IMG/VR virus record: IMGVR_UViG_3300040801_004562
Location: 1-64,000 of that record
DNA length: 64,000 nt
Reading direction: 5' to 3' (one strand)
Source of the DNA: a virus
Made by a program: the position numbers and the translations under genes. How positions within the stretch are numbered: the first letter of the stretch is position 1; each line of letters begins with the position of its first letter. Below the pieces are notes generated by a model, which had not been told where the DNA came from, ran no database searches, and worked only from the letters and a program-made list of their open reading frames with translations. This document shows positions 8,748 to 19,513 of this stretch, piece after piece.

Positions 8748-10337
8748 ATGGCCGTGACTGAGGGACCCGGAATCCGGGAGTACCTCCAGGCCGGGTATCC
8801 CTGCCTTTTCCTGCCTACGGTTGAGCCTGAAGTGGCAGAGGGCCGGGTACGTGACGCCCTGAAGTCCCTTGATCTCGGGTCCATCGATTTTGGCGTGTGG
8901 AAGATCACCAACGGGTTTATGGTCGGGACTGTTGATGAAACGGTCCCCCCGATGCGTAAAGCGGAGGATCTGTATGAAGTCCTCGCCAACATTGAAGTTG
9001 CCCAGGCGCCAATCTGCGCGATCATCCACAATATGCGGCACTTCATTTCAAACCCGCAGATTCAGCAGGCGTTGATTGACGCCATTTATGCGGCCCGTCT
9101 GAAGGGGAGCCACATAATTCTGGTCGGGGCTTTCCTTGAACTCCCGCCGGAGCTTCGATCGCTGGTCACCTTTGTGGAGTGCCCCTTGCCCACACGGTCC
9201 CAGATCAGCCTGAAGTTCCTTGAAATTGTTGACGCCTACCGTGACGAAATCAAGAATCTCCCTTCTGAAAAAGACCTGGAGAAGCTGATTGATGACGCTG
9301 CCACTGCTGCGGTGGGGCTTGATCTGATGGGGGCGGAAAATGCCATCGCTCTAAGCCTTGCCACCCGCGATGAGATCGATATCCGGATTATCCAGGCCCA
9401 AAAAGAACAGGAGGTCAGAAAGTCTGACGTCCTTGAGTTTGTCCGGGTTGATGAGAGCATGTCCAACGTCGGCGGATTCGGACGGTTCAAGGAGTGGCTG
9501 AAGCGCAGGGAGCGTGTCTTCACGGATGAGGCCCGCGCTTACCGGCTCCCCTACCCAAAAGGCATGCTGATTGTCGGCCCTGCTGGTACGGGGAAATCGC
9601 TGGTTGCGAAAGCGGTGGGGAGCTACCTTCGCCTGCCCCTGCTTCGGCTTGACATGGGGAAGGTGTTCAGATCCCTGGTAGGCGAGTCTGAGGCTGCTAT
9701 CCGCACGGCCCTCAGTGTTGCTGAGGCGGTGTCTCCCTGTGTAATGTGGATGGACGAAATTGACAAGGGCCTCGCCGGAATGCGGGGGTCCGGTGAGCTT
9801 GATTCTGGCGTGACCGCCCGTGTGGTCAGCACCATCTTGACCTGGAGACAGGAAACCACCTACCCGGTTGTCCTGCTGGCGACTGCGAACGATGTTGCCG
9901 CCATCCCTTCAATGGTCTACCGGAAAGGCAGACTGGATGAAGTATGGGCAACCGACCTTCCCACCCATGAAGAACGTATAGAAATTTTTGCAATTCACCT
10001 GAAGAAGAGGGGGCGTGACCCAAAAAAGTTCAGCCTTGATCTGCTTTCCCAAAAGGCTGAACGGATGGTTGGTGCCGAAATTGAGGGCGTAATTGAAGAC
10101 GCGATGTTCTCTGCTTTTGACCAGGGAGAGGAAGTTGCTACCTCTCATATCCTCCAATCCATAGAGGACACGGTTCCACAAGCCGAGCGGGATGCGGAGG
10201 AGCTGCACGCGATTCGTGAATGGGTAAAAACAAGAGCCCGGATGGTTGGCGGAGAAGACAGACCTGAACCATCCCACAGCAAAGTCCGAAAACTGCGGAA
10301 AACCAAAAAGGAGGCCAACGATGGCAAAAAAGACTGA
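8748..10337 (+). CDS. AAA+ ATPase (Ycf46-like)
   Basis: GPAGTGKS, LVGESE, WMDEIDK, ATAN, RKGRLDE. Confidence 0.9.
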   Translation: MAVTEGPGIREYLQAGYPCLFLPTVEPEVAEGRVRDALKSLDLGSIDFGVWKITNGFMVGTVDETVPPMRKAEDLYEVLANIEVAQAPICAIIHNMRHFISNPQIQQALIDAIYAARLKGSHIILVGAFLELPPELRSLVTFVECPLPTRSQISLKFLEIVDAYRDEIKNLPSEKDLEKLIDDAATAAVGLDLMGAENAIALSLATRDEIDIRIIQAQKEQEVRKSDVLEFVRVDESMSNVGGFGRFKEWLKRRERVFTDEARAYRLPYPKGMLIVGPAGTGKSLVAKAVGSYLRLPLLRLDMGKVFRSLVGESEAAIRTALSVAEAVSPCVMWMDEIDKGLAGMRGSGELDSGVTARVVSTILTWRQETTYPVVLLATANDVAAIPSMVYRKGRLDEVWATDLPTHEERIEIFAIHLKKRGRDPKKFSLDLLSQKAERMVGAEIEGVIEDAMFSAFDQGEEVATSHILQSIEDTVPQAERDAEELHAIREWVKTRARMVGGEDRPEPSHSKVRKLRKTKKEANDGKKD

Positions 10338-11247
10338 ACAAAAACAGACCACCAAGGAAGCCACTGCTGTTACCACCAAAACGAAAGTCGCGGCCGCTAA
10401 GATGAAACGCTCCGAGCTGGTTCGCAAACAGATCAAAGACTGCTTCGAGAAAATCGACGAGTCGTACATTACCGCAGCCAAACTGCTGAACGAAGCGTAC
10501 CACAAAGAGTTCTTCTTGGAGTGGGGCTACGAGAAGTTTGATGAATACTGCGGGGCTGAGCTGGAGATCCATTACAGGAAGGCCATGTATTTCGTTGACA
10601 TTATCGACACGGTGAAGAAATTCGACCTTGACCTCAAGGAAGTGGAGGCGATGGGGTGGTCGAAAATGAAGGAAATCTGCACTGTGATCAATGAAAAGAA
10701 CGCGGCCACCTGGATGAAAAAAGCGAAGGACATGAGCGCCCGTGAACTGACGGAAGCGGTCAAGATGGTCCGTCGGAAGGACACCAGCCAGACTGACGTC
10801 CCCAGCATCACCACCATGACGCTTCGCATGTCTGAAGCCGAGGCTTCCATCATTATGGATGCTTTGACCGAGGCCAAGAAGATCTGCAACTCCGAGAACA
10901 CGGTTGTGGCTCTCGGAATGATCTGCCAGGACTGGATGGAGGCGCAGGGAACCACCCCGAATCTGGCCACCCTGGAGTCTCATGTCTCCCTGCTGGAGAA
11001 GGTCTACGGTGTCAAACTGACTCCGGTCTCCCAGGATGAGGCCAAGAAAGCGGCTGCCAAAAAGAAGGAAAAGAAAGAGGTCCTCAAAGAGGCGGCCAAG
11101 CGGGATGAGGCCAAGAAAGAGGCTGCTGAGGAATCCGGTGACCTCGGGATTGAAGACCTGCTTGACGATATCGGCCCCGAAGCCGAAGGCAGTGGGGAGG
11201 TCCTTGAAGACCCTGACGATATCAATGCGGCCCTCGGTCTTGACTGA
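10321..11247 (+). CDS. hypothetical protein, Lys-rich with acidic tail
   Basis: RBS AGGAGG, long ORF. Confidence 0.75.
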   Translation: MAKKTEQKQTTKEATAVTTKTKVAAAKMKRSELVRKQIKDCFEKIDESYITAAKLLNEAYHKEFFLEWGYEKFDEYCGAELEIHYRKAMYFVDIIDTVKKFDLDLKEVEAMGWSKMKEICTVINEKNAATWMKKAKDMSARELTEAVKMVRRKDTSQTDVPSITTMTLRMSEAEASIIMDALTEAKKICNSENTVVALGMICQDWMEAQGTTPNLATLESHVSLLEKVYGVKLTPVSQDEAKKAAAKKKEKKEVLKEAAKRDEAKKEAAEESGDLGIEDLLDDIGPEAEGSGEVLEDPDDINAALGLD

Positions 11248-11260
11248 TCCTTGACTGGGT

Positions 11261-11290
11261 GGGGAGTTTGCAAACGTGTGCAGACTCCCC
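11261..11290 (+). terminator. hairpin (GGGGAGTTTGCA/TGCAGACTCCCC) built around a palindrome variant
   Basis: Inverted repeat just after stop codon. Confidence 0.5.
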
Positions 11291-11311
11291 TCCCTATTCC
11301 GACGTCTTTCC

Positions 11312-11340
11312 TTGACAAATGATCTTACCTCTGATAAATT
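11312..11340 (+). promoter_or_regulatory. sigma70-like promoter
   Basis: TTGACA-17 nt-TAAATT with extended TG. Confidence 0.65.
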
Positions 11341-11370
11341 CCCACCAAAACATAGAAAAGGAGGGTTGCC

Positions 11371-12366
11371 ATGCGTCCGGATGACGCCCGTTATGGCGCT
11401 CACAGCGCAATTCAGAAAGCGGTTCGGAGGGGGGATCTTGATCTGGGGAAAACGTCTTTTGACCTCATGTGGCCTGCAAAGCCTCACCGGAACTGGCTGA
11501 AGTGGAGACTGACCTCTATCATCCAAGAAGACGTCTGGCCGCTGATCGGCGAGCTGCCGGACTTCTTCTCTGCTGCTCGTGATCTGACCGGTGCGGCTGA
11601 GGAAGAGCACTGGCGGAAAATGGTTTACCGCATGATCATTGCCCCTGCCAACAAAGACGCCGGTGCCTTGTCCAATCTTGCCCGGAGAACTGAGCCGGAA
11701 GAAAATGAACACCCGGAGCTTGCCCTGACCAGAAAGTGGTTTGCTCTGATGAAAGAGCGCGGGGACGATCCAGGAAAAGTTGCTGATGATCTTTTCGAGT
11801 CCCTGCTTGCTGAATATCCTGTTACCGATTACCAGAAAGCGGCCCTGCGGATTCTGGTCAAGCGAACGCAGATGGGCGGCATGCTCGGGGATCGTCAGTT
11901 GTCCCTGCCTGCCATGATTCTTGTTGTCCTTCGGAAGCTTGACCCCGAGGCAGTCCGAGAGGGGGTCAAGAAGGGAGCCGCTGACTGGGCCCAGCAGTCA
12001 GGACGGAGGAATCCCGTTACCGTTCCACTCCCCTGGTATTCCTTTGACATGCACACGCAAGTCGGAAAAATTGCCTTGTCCTCTTATTCCCGCCGATCAA
12101 AGATTGACCGCGACCAGCTTTTCAACTTGTGGTTCCTTGCTGAAAGCGCTTTCATTCCCCGATGGCACTGCCAGTTTTCCAGAATCGTTGATCACCCCAC
12201 CGTCTTTGATTCCATGTGGTGGCCCGTTGCCTTCAAGGAGCGGCTCGGCCCGAGCCTCAACGGCTCCACTGCAAAACAAAACCTCCAATGGTGGCGTGAA
12301 GAATTGAGAGAGGACGTGAAGGGACTCATTGAATGGCTGCTGACCAAACGCGAGAGCGAAGACTGA
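11371..12366 (+). CDS. helical protein resembling the RarA/MgsA C-terminal region
   Basis: SAIQKAVRRGD and FDMHT..G motifs; no Walker motifs. Confidence 0.45.
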   Translation: MRPDDARYGAHSAIQKAVRRGDLDLGKTSFDLMWPAKPHRNWLKWRLTSIIQEDVWPLIGELPDFFSAARDLTGAAEEEHWRKMVYRMIIAPANKDAGALSNLARRTEPEENEHPELALTRKWFALMKERGDDPGKVADDLFESLLAEYPVTDYQKAALRILVKRTQMGGMLGDRQLSLPAMILVVLRKLDPEAVREGVKKGAADWAQQSGRRNPVTVPLPWYSFDMHTQVGKIALSSYSRRSKIDRDQLFNLWFLAESAFIPRWHCQFSRIVDHPTVFDSMWWPVAFKERLGPSLNGSTAKQNLQWWREELREDVKGLIEWLLTKRESED

Positions 12367-13046
12367 CCGAAACGTGGCGAGGGCGGGTCCGCCCGATCTC
12401 CTATTCAGCTTTCCCTACCATTCCCGATCCCGATATGACCAAACCCTGGTCATCCTGGAAGCGCAAAAAGACTGTAGAAAACGGGGTTGTCAAACTGCTG
12501 AAGGTAGATGGGGAAAAAGCCGTATTTCAGTTTGCGGTGAATGAGATCAAGCTCCTGTTCGGTGCCCGCCCCCTGAAGGTTGAAGTTGTCTTCGAGACTG
12601 AAGAGGAGATGCTGGCCCAGTTCATTGATTGGATTCCCGCCTTTACCAATATAGGTAAGATGGGCGCGTGGATGCGTGACACCCAAAACATGAAGGAGAT
12701 TGTCCGTCTGTTGCTGTTTGACGCGGTTGTCGCCAATAACGATCGGATGGTCTGCAATGTTCTGGTCGGGAAGGACTTCCGAATTTTTGGGATAGATGAA
12801 GCTGACTGCTTCCGGTTCAATTCCCCGGTTAAAATCAAATTCCGGAAGAGCTACCGAGATCGGATTGTCGGCTTTGCCAATCTGGAAAAGCCCTGGCTTG
12901 ACGAGCTTGTTGACTGTGCCTCATCCAAAACTGACGTTGTGCGGGACATTCTGGAGCGCTGCAGCCTGCCTGATGAACTCGTCTCCCCCATTGTTGACCG
13001 GATGCAAAACCTCGGAGATCTGGCCGTCCGTCTCTTTAAGGAGTAG
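12333..13046 (+). CDS. HipA/PI3-PI4-kinase-like protein (start uncertain)
   Basis: FDAVVANNDR..CNVL...FGIDE catalytic loop pattern. Confidence 0.6.
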   Translation: MAADQTRERRLTETWRGRVRPISYSAFPTIPDPDMTKPWSSWKRKKTVENGVVKLLKVDGEKAVFQFAVNEIKLLFGARPLKVEVVFETEEEMLAQFIDWIPAFTNIGKMGAWMRDTQNMKEIVRLLLFDAVVANNDRMVCNVLVGKDFRIFGIDEADCFRFNSPVKIKFRKSYRDRIVGFANLEKPWLDELVDCASSKTDVVRDILERCSLPDELVSPIVDRMQNLGDLAVRLFKE

Positions 13047-13048
13047 CC

Positions 13049-13750
13049 ATGAAATTGTACGAGCGCGACAAGATTCCTGAACACAACCGGGTTGATCCGG
13101 TTGTCATCCCCCGTGCCGAGCTGATCGCCTGGATTGGGAAGGAAAAGTGGTATCAAACGATCAGCTTTTCCGAGGATATTTCCACCCCCGGCTCTTTCGA
13201 CTCAGAGGCCCAGATTGACAGCGTACTCCTGCACAAAGACATGTCTGGTATGCGTTATCTCGACATTGGGAGTAACCAGGGATTCCAGGTCATGTCTGCT
13301 GCGATGCGCGGTGCTGAGGCTTTCGGTATCGACAATAAGAAGAATCAGGTCTTGAAAGCCCGACGGATTGCTGCCCATTTCGGCATTCGCGCCGACTTCA
13401 CCCACTGCGATATTTTTGACACTCCCGAGCGCTATGCTGAGTACAGGACCGGGTTCGATTATATGACGATGATGTCAGTTTTCCACCATTTCAGAAAGCC
13501 TTTGCTCGCCTTGGATATTGTCCGTGGAATGTGTCGTGGCCAAATGCTTGGGGAGTTCTGCTGCTGGATAAAAGGTGAGAAGCGTTGGCTGATGGCCAGA
13601 AAGTTTCCGAGCGACTGGGGAGACTACTACCACAAAGCGTACCCGACGCTTGACTGCTGCGTGGCTGCGCTGGAAGAGAGGTTTTCACGTGTGACCGTTC
13701 TCGGTCCCGTTAAAACGAAATGGCGGATTGCCATCCTGAGCGAGGTATAG
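13049..13750 (+). CDS. class I SAM-dependent methyltransferase (CmoB/DUF1698-like)
   Basis: YLDIGSNQG, FGID, SVFHH. Confidence 0.8.
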   Translation: MKLYERDKIPEHNRVDPVVIPRAELIAWIGKEKWYQTISFSEDISTPGSFDSEAQIDSVLLHKDMSGMRYLDIGSNQGFQVMSAAMRGAEAFGIDNKKNQVLKARRIAAHFGIRADFTHCDIFDTPERYAEYRTGFDYMTMMSVFHHFRKPLLALDIVRGMCRGQMLGEFCCWIKGEKRWLMARKFPSDWGDYYHKAYPTLDCCVAALEERFSRVTVLGPVKTKWRIAILSEV

Positions 13751-13751
13751 C

Positions 13752-14843
13752 GTGAGAATTCTCGTTGTCGCGGGAGCAAGACCGAACTTTATGAAAGTGG
13801 CCCCGATTGTCCGGAACCTCACCGGCAGGGCCACTTTTTGCCTTGTCCATACCCAGCAGCACTGGGGGGACATGTCGGATGGGTTTCTGGAGTCACTCCG
13901 GATTGATCCCTCCATTATCAAAAGACTGCCGTTTGACGGTGGAGGTATGAGCCTTTTGCACACGTTTGCAAGAGTCTCAACCCAACTGGAGCCGGTTCTG
14001 GAGGACTTCCGTCCCGATTGGTGCGTCGTAGTCGGGGACGTGACCTCAACTGCTGCTGCCGCCCTGGCTGCAAAATATCATGGAATCCGTGTTGCCCACG
14101 TCGAGGCCGGGCTGAGGAGCTTTGATCAGTCCATGCCGGAAGAGATCAACCGGATGGTGACTGACAGTATTTCTGACCTTCTTTTGTGCTCCGAGGATAG
14201 CGGTGTTACGAACCTTCTCGCTGAGGGAAAACCGAGCCACTCTGTTCTGCTTGTCGGGAACGTGATGATCGACAGTCTGAAGTACGCGATAGAGTCCCTA
14301 CAGCCGTCTGAGATGGCCGTGGAGACGCGTTCTCTGCTCGGTGAGAGGTTTGGGTTCTGTACCCTTCACAGACCCTCCAATGTGGACCGTGTGGAGGATC
14401 TGAGGCGGCTCCTGGACACCATTTCAACCTGTTCTGCAATTATCGGCGGTAAGATCGTTATGCCGATCCACCCGAGAACTGAGAACCGGATCAAGGAGTT
14501 TGGGCTGCAACTCGGCCCAGGAATCCACCGGCTGCCCGCCCTGCGGTATGAGGACGCTCTATTTTTGATGCGAGGTGCCTGCGTGGTATTGACCGATAGT
14601 GGTGGTATCCAGGAGGAAACGACGTGGCTTGGGATTCCTTGTGTAACCCTGCGGGAGAACACGGAACGTCCGGCCACCTGCACCTACGGGACCAACCGGA
14701 TCGCTGGGGTCTCACGCGATGGGATCATGCTTGCTACCCGGCAGGCGCTTTCCGGCTCTGCAGAATACGTTGTGCCTCCCTTCTGGGATGGCAACGCTGC
14801 TGAAAGAATCGTCAACATTTTACTTGAGGAGGGGAATAGATGA
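13752..14843 (+). CDS. wecB: UDP-N-acetylglucosamine 2-epimerase
   Basis: GARPNFMK, VVGDV, HVEAGLRS, PEEINR, TLHRPSN, TDSGGIQEE, TERP. Confidence 0.95.
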   Translation: MRILVVAGARPNFMKVAPIVRNLTGRATFCLVHTQQHWGDMSDGFLESLRIDPSIIKRLPFDGGGMSLLHTFARVSTQLEPVLEDFRPDWCVVVGDVTSTAAAALAAKYHGIRVAHVEAGLRSFDQSMPEEINRMVTDSISDLLLCSEDSGVTNLLAEGKPSHSVLLVGNVMIDSLKYAIESLQPSEMAVETRSLLGERFGFCTLHRPSNVDRVEDLRRLLDTISTCSAIIGGKIVMPIHPRTENRIKEFGLQLGPGIHRLPALRYEDALFLMRGACVVLTDSGGIQEETTWLGIPCVTLRENTERPATCTYGTNRIAGVSRDGIMLATRQALSGSAEYVVPPFWDGNAAERIVNILLEEGNR

Positions 14844-15790
14844 AAGCATTGGTGACAGGAGGCATGGGGTTTATTGGTGGAGCCGTCGTGAACAAGCTTC
14901 TACGTGATGGGAATCGGGTGGTGGTCGTCGACAACATGTTCGATCCTGTTTTTCGGACGATGGCGGACCAGCGAAACCGTAAACTCACCCTGCATACCTT
15001 GGACTGCCGCAACCTGGACGGGCTGCTTAAGCTCGACGACGATATAGACGTTGTTTTCCACTTTGCGGCCCACTACGCAAATGAGCGGTCCCTGCAGGAG
15101 CCTCTGGCCTCTGTTTCAATTAACATGCTCGGCACCATGGCCGTCCTGGAGTTCTGCCGTATCCGTGGGGTCAAGCGGCTCGTCTACGCCTCAAGCAGTG
15201 GCGTTTACGGATCGATGGATATCGTTGCCTACAGCGAGAACCAGCCCCCTGCACCCTCCACCCCCTATGAGGTCACCAAGTACTCGGGAGAGCTGCTCTG
15301 TTCGGGGTACTGCGAGATCTACGGGATATCGCTGGTTGCCCCCCGGTATTTCAACGTCTACGGCCCTGGAGACGTTGCTGGTGAGTGGCGGGCGGTTATC
15401 CCGAAGTTCTTCGCGCTGGCAAAGAGAGGCGAGCCCCTCGTCATAACTGGGGAGAACGCGTCTCGGGACTTCACCTATATCGATGATGTCGTGGAGGGGA
15501 CGCTTGCTGGCCTGACCCGGGTCGATGAGGCCCCCTCAAGAATCACTTTGATCTATAATATCGGGACTGGTCGTGAAGTCTTCGTGAAGCACCTTGCCGG
15601 ACTTGTGGTCAAGGTTTCCGGCAGTAAGTCCGAAGTCATTACCAAACCCAAGAGGAATTGGGACAACGCACCACGTCGCGTTGCAGACTGCCATAAATAT
15701 CAGGCCCTTTTCCCTGATATCGCTAACCGGATGCGCTCTATCGACACCGGACTCCAGGATGCGTGCGAGTGGTATATGGACGTGTGCTGA
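14840..15790 (+). CDS. NAD-dependent nucleotide-sugar epimerase/dehydratase
   Basis: TGGMGFIG, ASSSGVYG, YEVTK, RYFNVYGP, RDFTYIDD. Confidence 0.92.
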   Translation: MKALVTGGMGFIGGAVVNKLLRDGNRVVVVDNMFDPVFRTMADQRNRKLTLHTLDCRNLDGLLKLDDDIDVVFHFAAHYANERSLQEPLASVSINMLGTMAVLEFCRIRGVKRLVYASSSGVYGSMDIVAYSENQPPAPSTPYEVTKYSGELLCSGYCEIYGISLVAPRYFNVYGPGDVAGEWRAVIPKFFALAKRGEPLVITGENASRDFTYIDDVVEGTLAGLTRVDEAPSRITLIYNIGTGREVFVKHLAGLVVKVSGSKSEVITKPKRNWDNAPRRVADCHKYQALFPDIANRMRSIDTGLQDACEWYMDVC

Positions 15791-15800
15791 GGAGCTTTGG

Positions 15801-16454
15801 ATGAGAGATCTCGATTCAATCAGAAGCTGGTACGAGGAAAAGATCAGACGAGGGGAATTGGATCTGAGTGGATGGAGGCTGAGCCTGAGCCGTGAGCTGA
15901 GGTGGGACGCAACGTTCAGTCAGATCCACAACCTTTATGGCCCTTGCCATCTGTTGGCCGAAAAGCTGAAGGTTGTGGACTTCGGCTGCGGAACTGCCGG
16001 AATGTACTTTTCAATGTCATCCTGGATCTCGGAATATATCGGGATTGAAATCAGGGACGACGCTTACCGGGAGGCGCTCAGATGGGCTGGGCTGGACCCC
16101 CACATCGAAGTTCTACGCGATATCCCGGACTATTTTTACAGAAAGATGGATGTGGTGGTGAGCAATGCTGTTCACGGGCTGCCGGGACAAGACCCCATCG
16201 CCGACTTCAAGGCGCTCGATCGTGCTTTCAGGCCGAGGATGATTGTTGCTGATTTTTATTGCTCCAGGCATCCGCCGTCTTTGGGGTTTGAGGGAGGAAA
16301 GGCGTACGATCCCTTCGAAATGACCGAGAATATGGTGACGAATCTTGGGTTCAACAGTTTTTCGCTTGACCACACAAGAATGCCGCATGTCTTCACGGTT
16401 GCGGTTGTTCGCGGACGAACCGCTTGGGAAAGGATGAACGAGAATGCTCTTTGA
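15801..16454 (+). CDS. class I SAM-dependent methyltransferase
   Basis: VVDFGCGTA, YIGIE. Confidence 0.7.
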   Translation: MRDLDSIRSWYEEKIRRGELDLSGWRLSLSRELRWDATFSQIHNLYGPCHLLAEKLKVVDFGCGTAGMYFSMSSWISEYIGIEIRDDAYREALRWAGLDPHIEVLRDIPDYFYRKMDVVVSNAVHGLPGQDPIADFKALDRAFRPRMIVADFYCSRHPPSLGFEGGKAYDPFEMTENMVTNLGFNSFSLDHTRMPHVFTVAVVRGRTAWERMNENAL

Positions 16455-17070
16455 TCGGGTGCTTGTTGTCGGGGCTCATGTAGACGACGCTGAACTGTTC
16501 GCTGGCGGGACGATTGCCAGATTTGCATCCACAACCCGAATCATGGTCTTTTCGCGACATTGGGGAATACTCCCCTCCCCGGAGGAAGAGTTCCGGCGGA
16601 GCTGCGAGGTCCTTGGGGTGGAATACGGCCACTGTATCAGCCGGGACCTGCCAGCCTGCCAGCCTGCCGGGGCCTCATTTCACGCAAACCGGCATGGAAT
16701 CTATAGAGAGCTTGAATCATTAAGAAATTCGTACAAGCCCACCCTTGTTATCACCCATCAGTCGACGGATACGAACCAGGACCACCGCCAAGTCCACGAA
16801 GAGGTCCTGCGGGTATTCCGAAAAACGTCCATTCTCTGTGGAACGTTCCTGCTGAATGATCTCCCCTCTGCCGACCGCCGTTTTTTTGTCGCGGTGGACA
16901 GCCTCCATCTGCAGAAGAAGATTGACGCCCTATCCTGCTATGAATCCCAGATCCGCGAGCATCGGACGTACTTTGATCCTGCACTTATCACCTGCGAGGC
17001 GCGGGTTTATGGTGAGATGGTAGGTGAGAAGTACGCAGAGGCATTCGAAGTTATCCGGCTGCACGTATGA
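16444..17070 (+). CDS. PIG-L/LmbE family N-deacetylase
   Basis: GAHVDDAE, DTNQDH, KKIDALSCYESQ, YAEAFE. Confidence 0.88.
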   Translation: MLFDRVLVVGAHVDDAELFAGGTIARFASTTRIMVFSRHWGILPSPEEEFRRSCEVLGVEYGHCISRDLPACQPAGASFHANRHGIYRELESLRNSYKPTLVITHQSTDTNQDHRQVHEEVLRVFRKTSILCGTFLLNDLPSADRRFFVAVDSLHLQKKIDALSCYESQIREHRTYFDPALITCEARVYGEMVGEKYAEAFEVIRLHV

Positions 17071-17079
17071 GGACGCCCC

Positions 17080-18591
17080 ATGGCCTGCAAATTTTTATGT
17101 GATCCAATCTACACGCTCAAGGATACGAGACGGTGCATCGCCCATTATTCAGTTGACGAGTGCGCCCGGCATGTCTTAAACAAGTACCCGGATTCTTTCG
17201 TGTATTACATCCGACCGGCGGAGCCTGGAGACGATCATTTCATTTTCGAGGAGGATCTGGCCGCAGACTTTCCCGGACGGGTCAAGTACTGGAACGGCTT
17301 CCATATCCCCCACAACCGAGTTTTTCAGTTCATTTGGAGGCATGAGTGGTTTTCCGATCTGATTGCCGGTACAGGCTACGCATGGGACTGGGACGTTTTG
17401 CTGACCATGCGCGGGCCTGTCATGCAACACGTGAAGTGGCTGAACTGGGGAGGGACCCATCAGGCCAAGAAGATCCTGATCCAGGACCATTTCCCGATTC
17501 TTGACTTCAAGGTTGCCGCCAAGTTCTATTTCAGAGGGGACAAGATGACCCAGCTTACCACGCTTGGATCCTACGCCTGCGCGGACAAGGTTGTGGTTGG
17601 TGCGGACTACGAGGCCAAGCGCATTATGAAGACAGCCCGCCAGTATCTCTCCCCCTCAATTTGCAAACGTTTGCAAAACAAGTTGGAATCCGGTTTTGTG
17701 ATCCCACGTGGACTCGACCTGGAGTATCCGTTCAAGAAGACAGCACCGAAGAAAGGGCGTCCCATTGTCGGTATCTTTACCCAGCGGATCGGGCTGGCCG
17801 GGAGACACCCGTTTGCCGCCCTCGACGCCTTCTTCTACAGCTTCGTTCAGCGGGACTCTGAGAGGGTCAAGTTCCATATCTCCACCAACTCTATGACGTC
17901 GTTTTCTGACGATGCCCTGAACAAATACTCGTTTGTGGAGTTCTACCAGTCAGATCGGTCTCAGTTCTACGAGAAACTCCGTCAATCCGACTTCTGCATC
18001 AGCTTCAGCACGACCGAGGGAATGCCAACGTCCATCCTGGAGGCGGTCTGTTGGGGCTGCATCCCGGTGCTGGTCAGGTATGACTGGTCGGTGGATATGG
18101 TCGGAGAGGATTACCCGCTTCTTTTCCGATCGCAGACGGAGGCTGTTGCCATGGTAGGGAAGATCCTGGACAACCCGGCTGAGATGTTTGCCCGCTACCA
18201 GGAGTGGTATCGTTCTTATTTCCTCCCTTACCTTGACCGCTGTGGGAGCCTTCTGCGAGCCTGTGAGGAGATGGTGGAGCGAAACGCCGTTGAAGTTGAC
18301 GAGTTTGCTTCAAAACGCCAGGACAACCCGCTTTATGGGGAGATCCAGAAGTATGTGGAAAGAAAGAAGATCCGTCGGGTTGTCCTGTATGACCTCCTTA
18401 AAAAGCTGAAGGAGGAGGGGATTATCCGTGTTGATCCTGATATTATGGGAGTTGGGAAGCGACCGCAGCGGGCGATGGGGCGGGCGGTTCCTGCCCGGCT
18501 GCCGAACTATTATACCATCCTGCATACCCTGCTGAAGAAGACCGGGTGGCAGAGAGGACTTGAGGTTGGCGAAATTGTTACCGATCTTTAA
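17080..18591 (+). CDS. GT-B fold glycosyltransferase
   Basis: EGMPTSILEAVCWG (E-x7-E) motif; sugar-gene context. Confidence 0.75.
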   Translation: MACKFLCDPIYTLKDTRRCIAHYSVDECARHVLNKYPDSFVYYIRPAEPGDDHFIFEEDLAADFPGRVKYWNGFHIPHNRVFQFIWRHEWFSDLIAGTGYAWDWDVLLTMRGPVMQHVKWLNWGGTHQAKKILIQDHFPILDFKVAAKFYFRGDKMTQLTTLGSYACADKVVVGADYEAKRIMKTARQYLSPSICKRLQNKLESGFVIPRGLDLEYPFKKTAPKKGRPIVGIFTQRIGLAGRHPFAALDAFFYSFVQRDSERVKFHISTNSMTSFSDDALNKYSFVEFYQSDRSQFYEKLRQSDFCISFSTTEGMPTSILEAVCWGCIPVLVRYDWSVDMVGEDYPLLFRSQTEAVAMVGKILDNPAEMFARYQEWYRSYFLPYLDRCGSLLRACEEMVERNAVEVDEFASKRQDNPLYGEIQKYVERKKIRRVVLYDLLKKLKEEGIIRVDPDIMGVGKRPQRAMGRAVPARLPNYYTILHTLLKKTGWQRGLEVGEIVTDL

Positions 18592-18607
18592 AGGAGGGGA
18601 GAACTGA

Positions 18608-19513
18608 ATGGCTACCAAGTATCCGACTTTCATGGAAGAGGCCGAGATCGCAGCACTGCTTGAGGGGAAACTTGACCTTGAGCACGGGGACGTTATCGAT
18701 GTTTCAATGAAGCTTGTCATGCCAAACGAGTGGAACCCGAACGAGATGTCGCTCGACGAGTTCAACATGCTGTCTGACAACATACACGAAGTTGGGTTCC
18801 TCGACCCGGTGCTGGTAGTCCCGGTATTCCAGGACGATCGATATCGCTTCCGCGTCGTAGACGGCGAACACCGGTACGAGGCCCAGAGGCTTCGGGATGC
18901 CGTGGTCCTGAGAGCGGTGTACACCTCTCCTGACCGGTTTGACGAAAACACCCAAAAGTTCCAGACTGTCCGTATGAACAAGATCCGGGGGAAGATGAAC
19001 CAGAAAAAGTTCTCGAATCTGGTCTCCGATCTCATGCAAAGCGGTGCCTACACCTACGACCAGTTGGCTCATAACTTTGGCTTCGTTGACGAGGATGAGT
19101 TTGAACACCTGATTGAACGGACTCGGGAATCGCTGCCGACGGAGGATATGAAGAAGGAGTTCGATAAGGCGAAGGACGACATCAAGACCGTGGATGACCT
19201 AAGCCTCGTCCTGAACCGCCTGTTCACTCGTTACGGTGATTCGCTGCCGTATCATTTCATGGTCCTGGACTTCGGAGGAAAGGACCACCTATGGGTCCGA
19301 ATGAAGCATTCGTCTTACCGGCAGGTCGTTGCCCAGGCCCGAAACGCGATGGAGGCTGGTGTAACGTTCGATTCGGTGCTTGCAACTGTCCTGTCGGTGA
19401 TGAATATGCCGAAGTTTGTTGACAAGTGGCGGGATCGCCTTGACGCTCCTGACCCAAAACAAGATGAAACCAGCATCGACGACCTGATCGAGTCTGATGA
19501 GGACGCCGCCTGA
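18608..19513 (+). CDS. ParB/Srx N-terminal domain protein
   Basis: PNEWNPN, GFLDPVLV, VVDGEHRY. Confidence 0.85.
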   Translation: MATKYPTFMEEAEIAALLEGKLDLEHGDVIDVSMKLVMPNEWNPNEMSLDEFNMLSDNIHEVGFLDPVLVVPVFQDDRYRFRVVDGEHRYEAQRLRDAVVLRAVYTSPDRFDENTQKFQTVRMNKIRGKMNQKKFSNLVSDLMQSGAYTYDQLAHNFGFVDEDEFEHLIERTRESLPTEDMKKEFDKAKDDIKTVDDLSLVLNRLFTRYGDSLPYHFMVLDFGGKDHLWVRMKHSSYRQVVAQARNAMEAGVTFDSVLATVLSVMNMPKFVDKWRDRLDAPDPKQDETSIDDLIESDEDAA

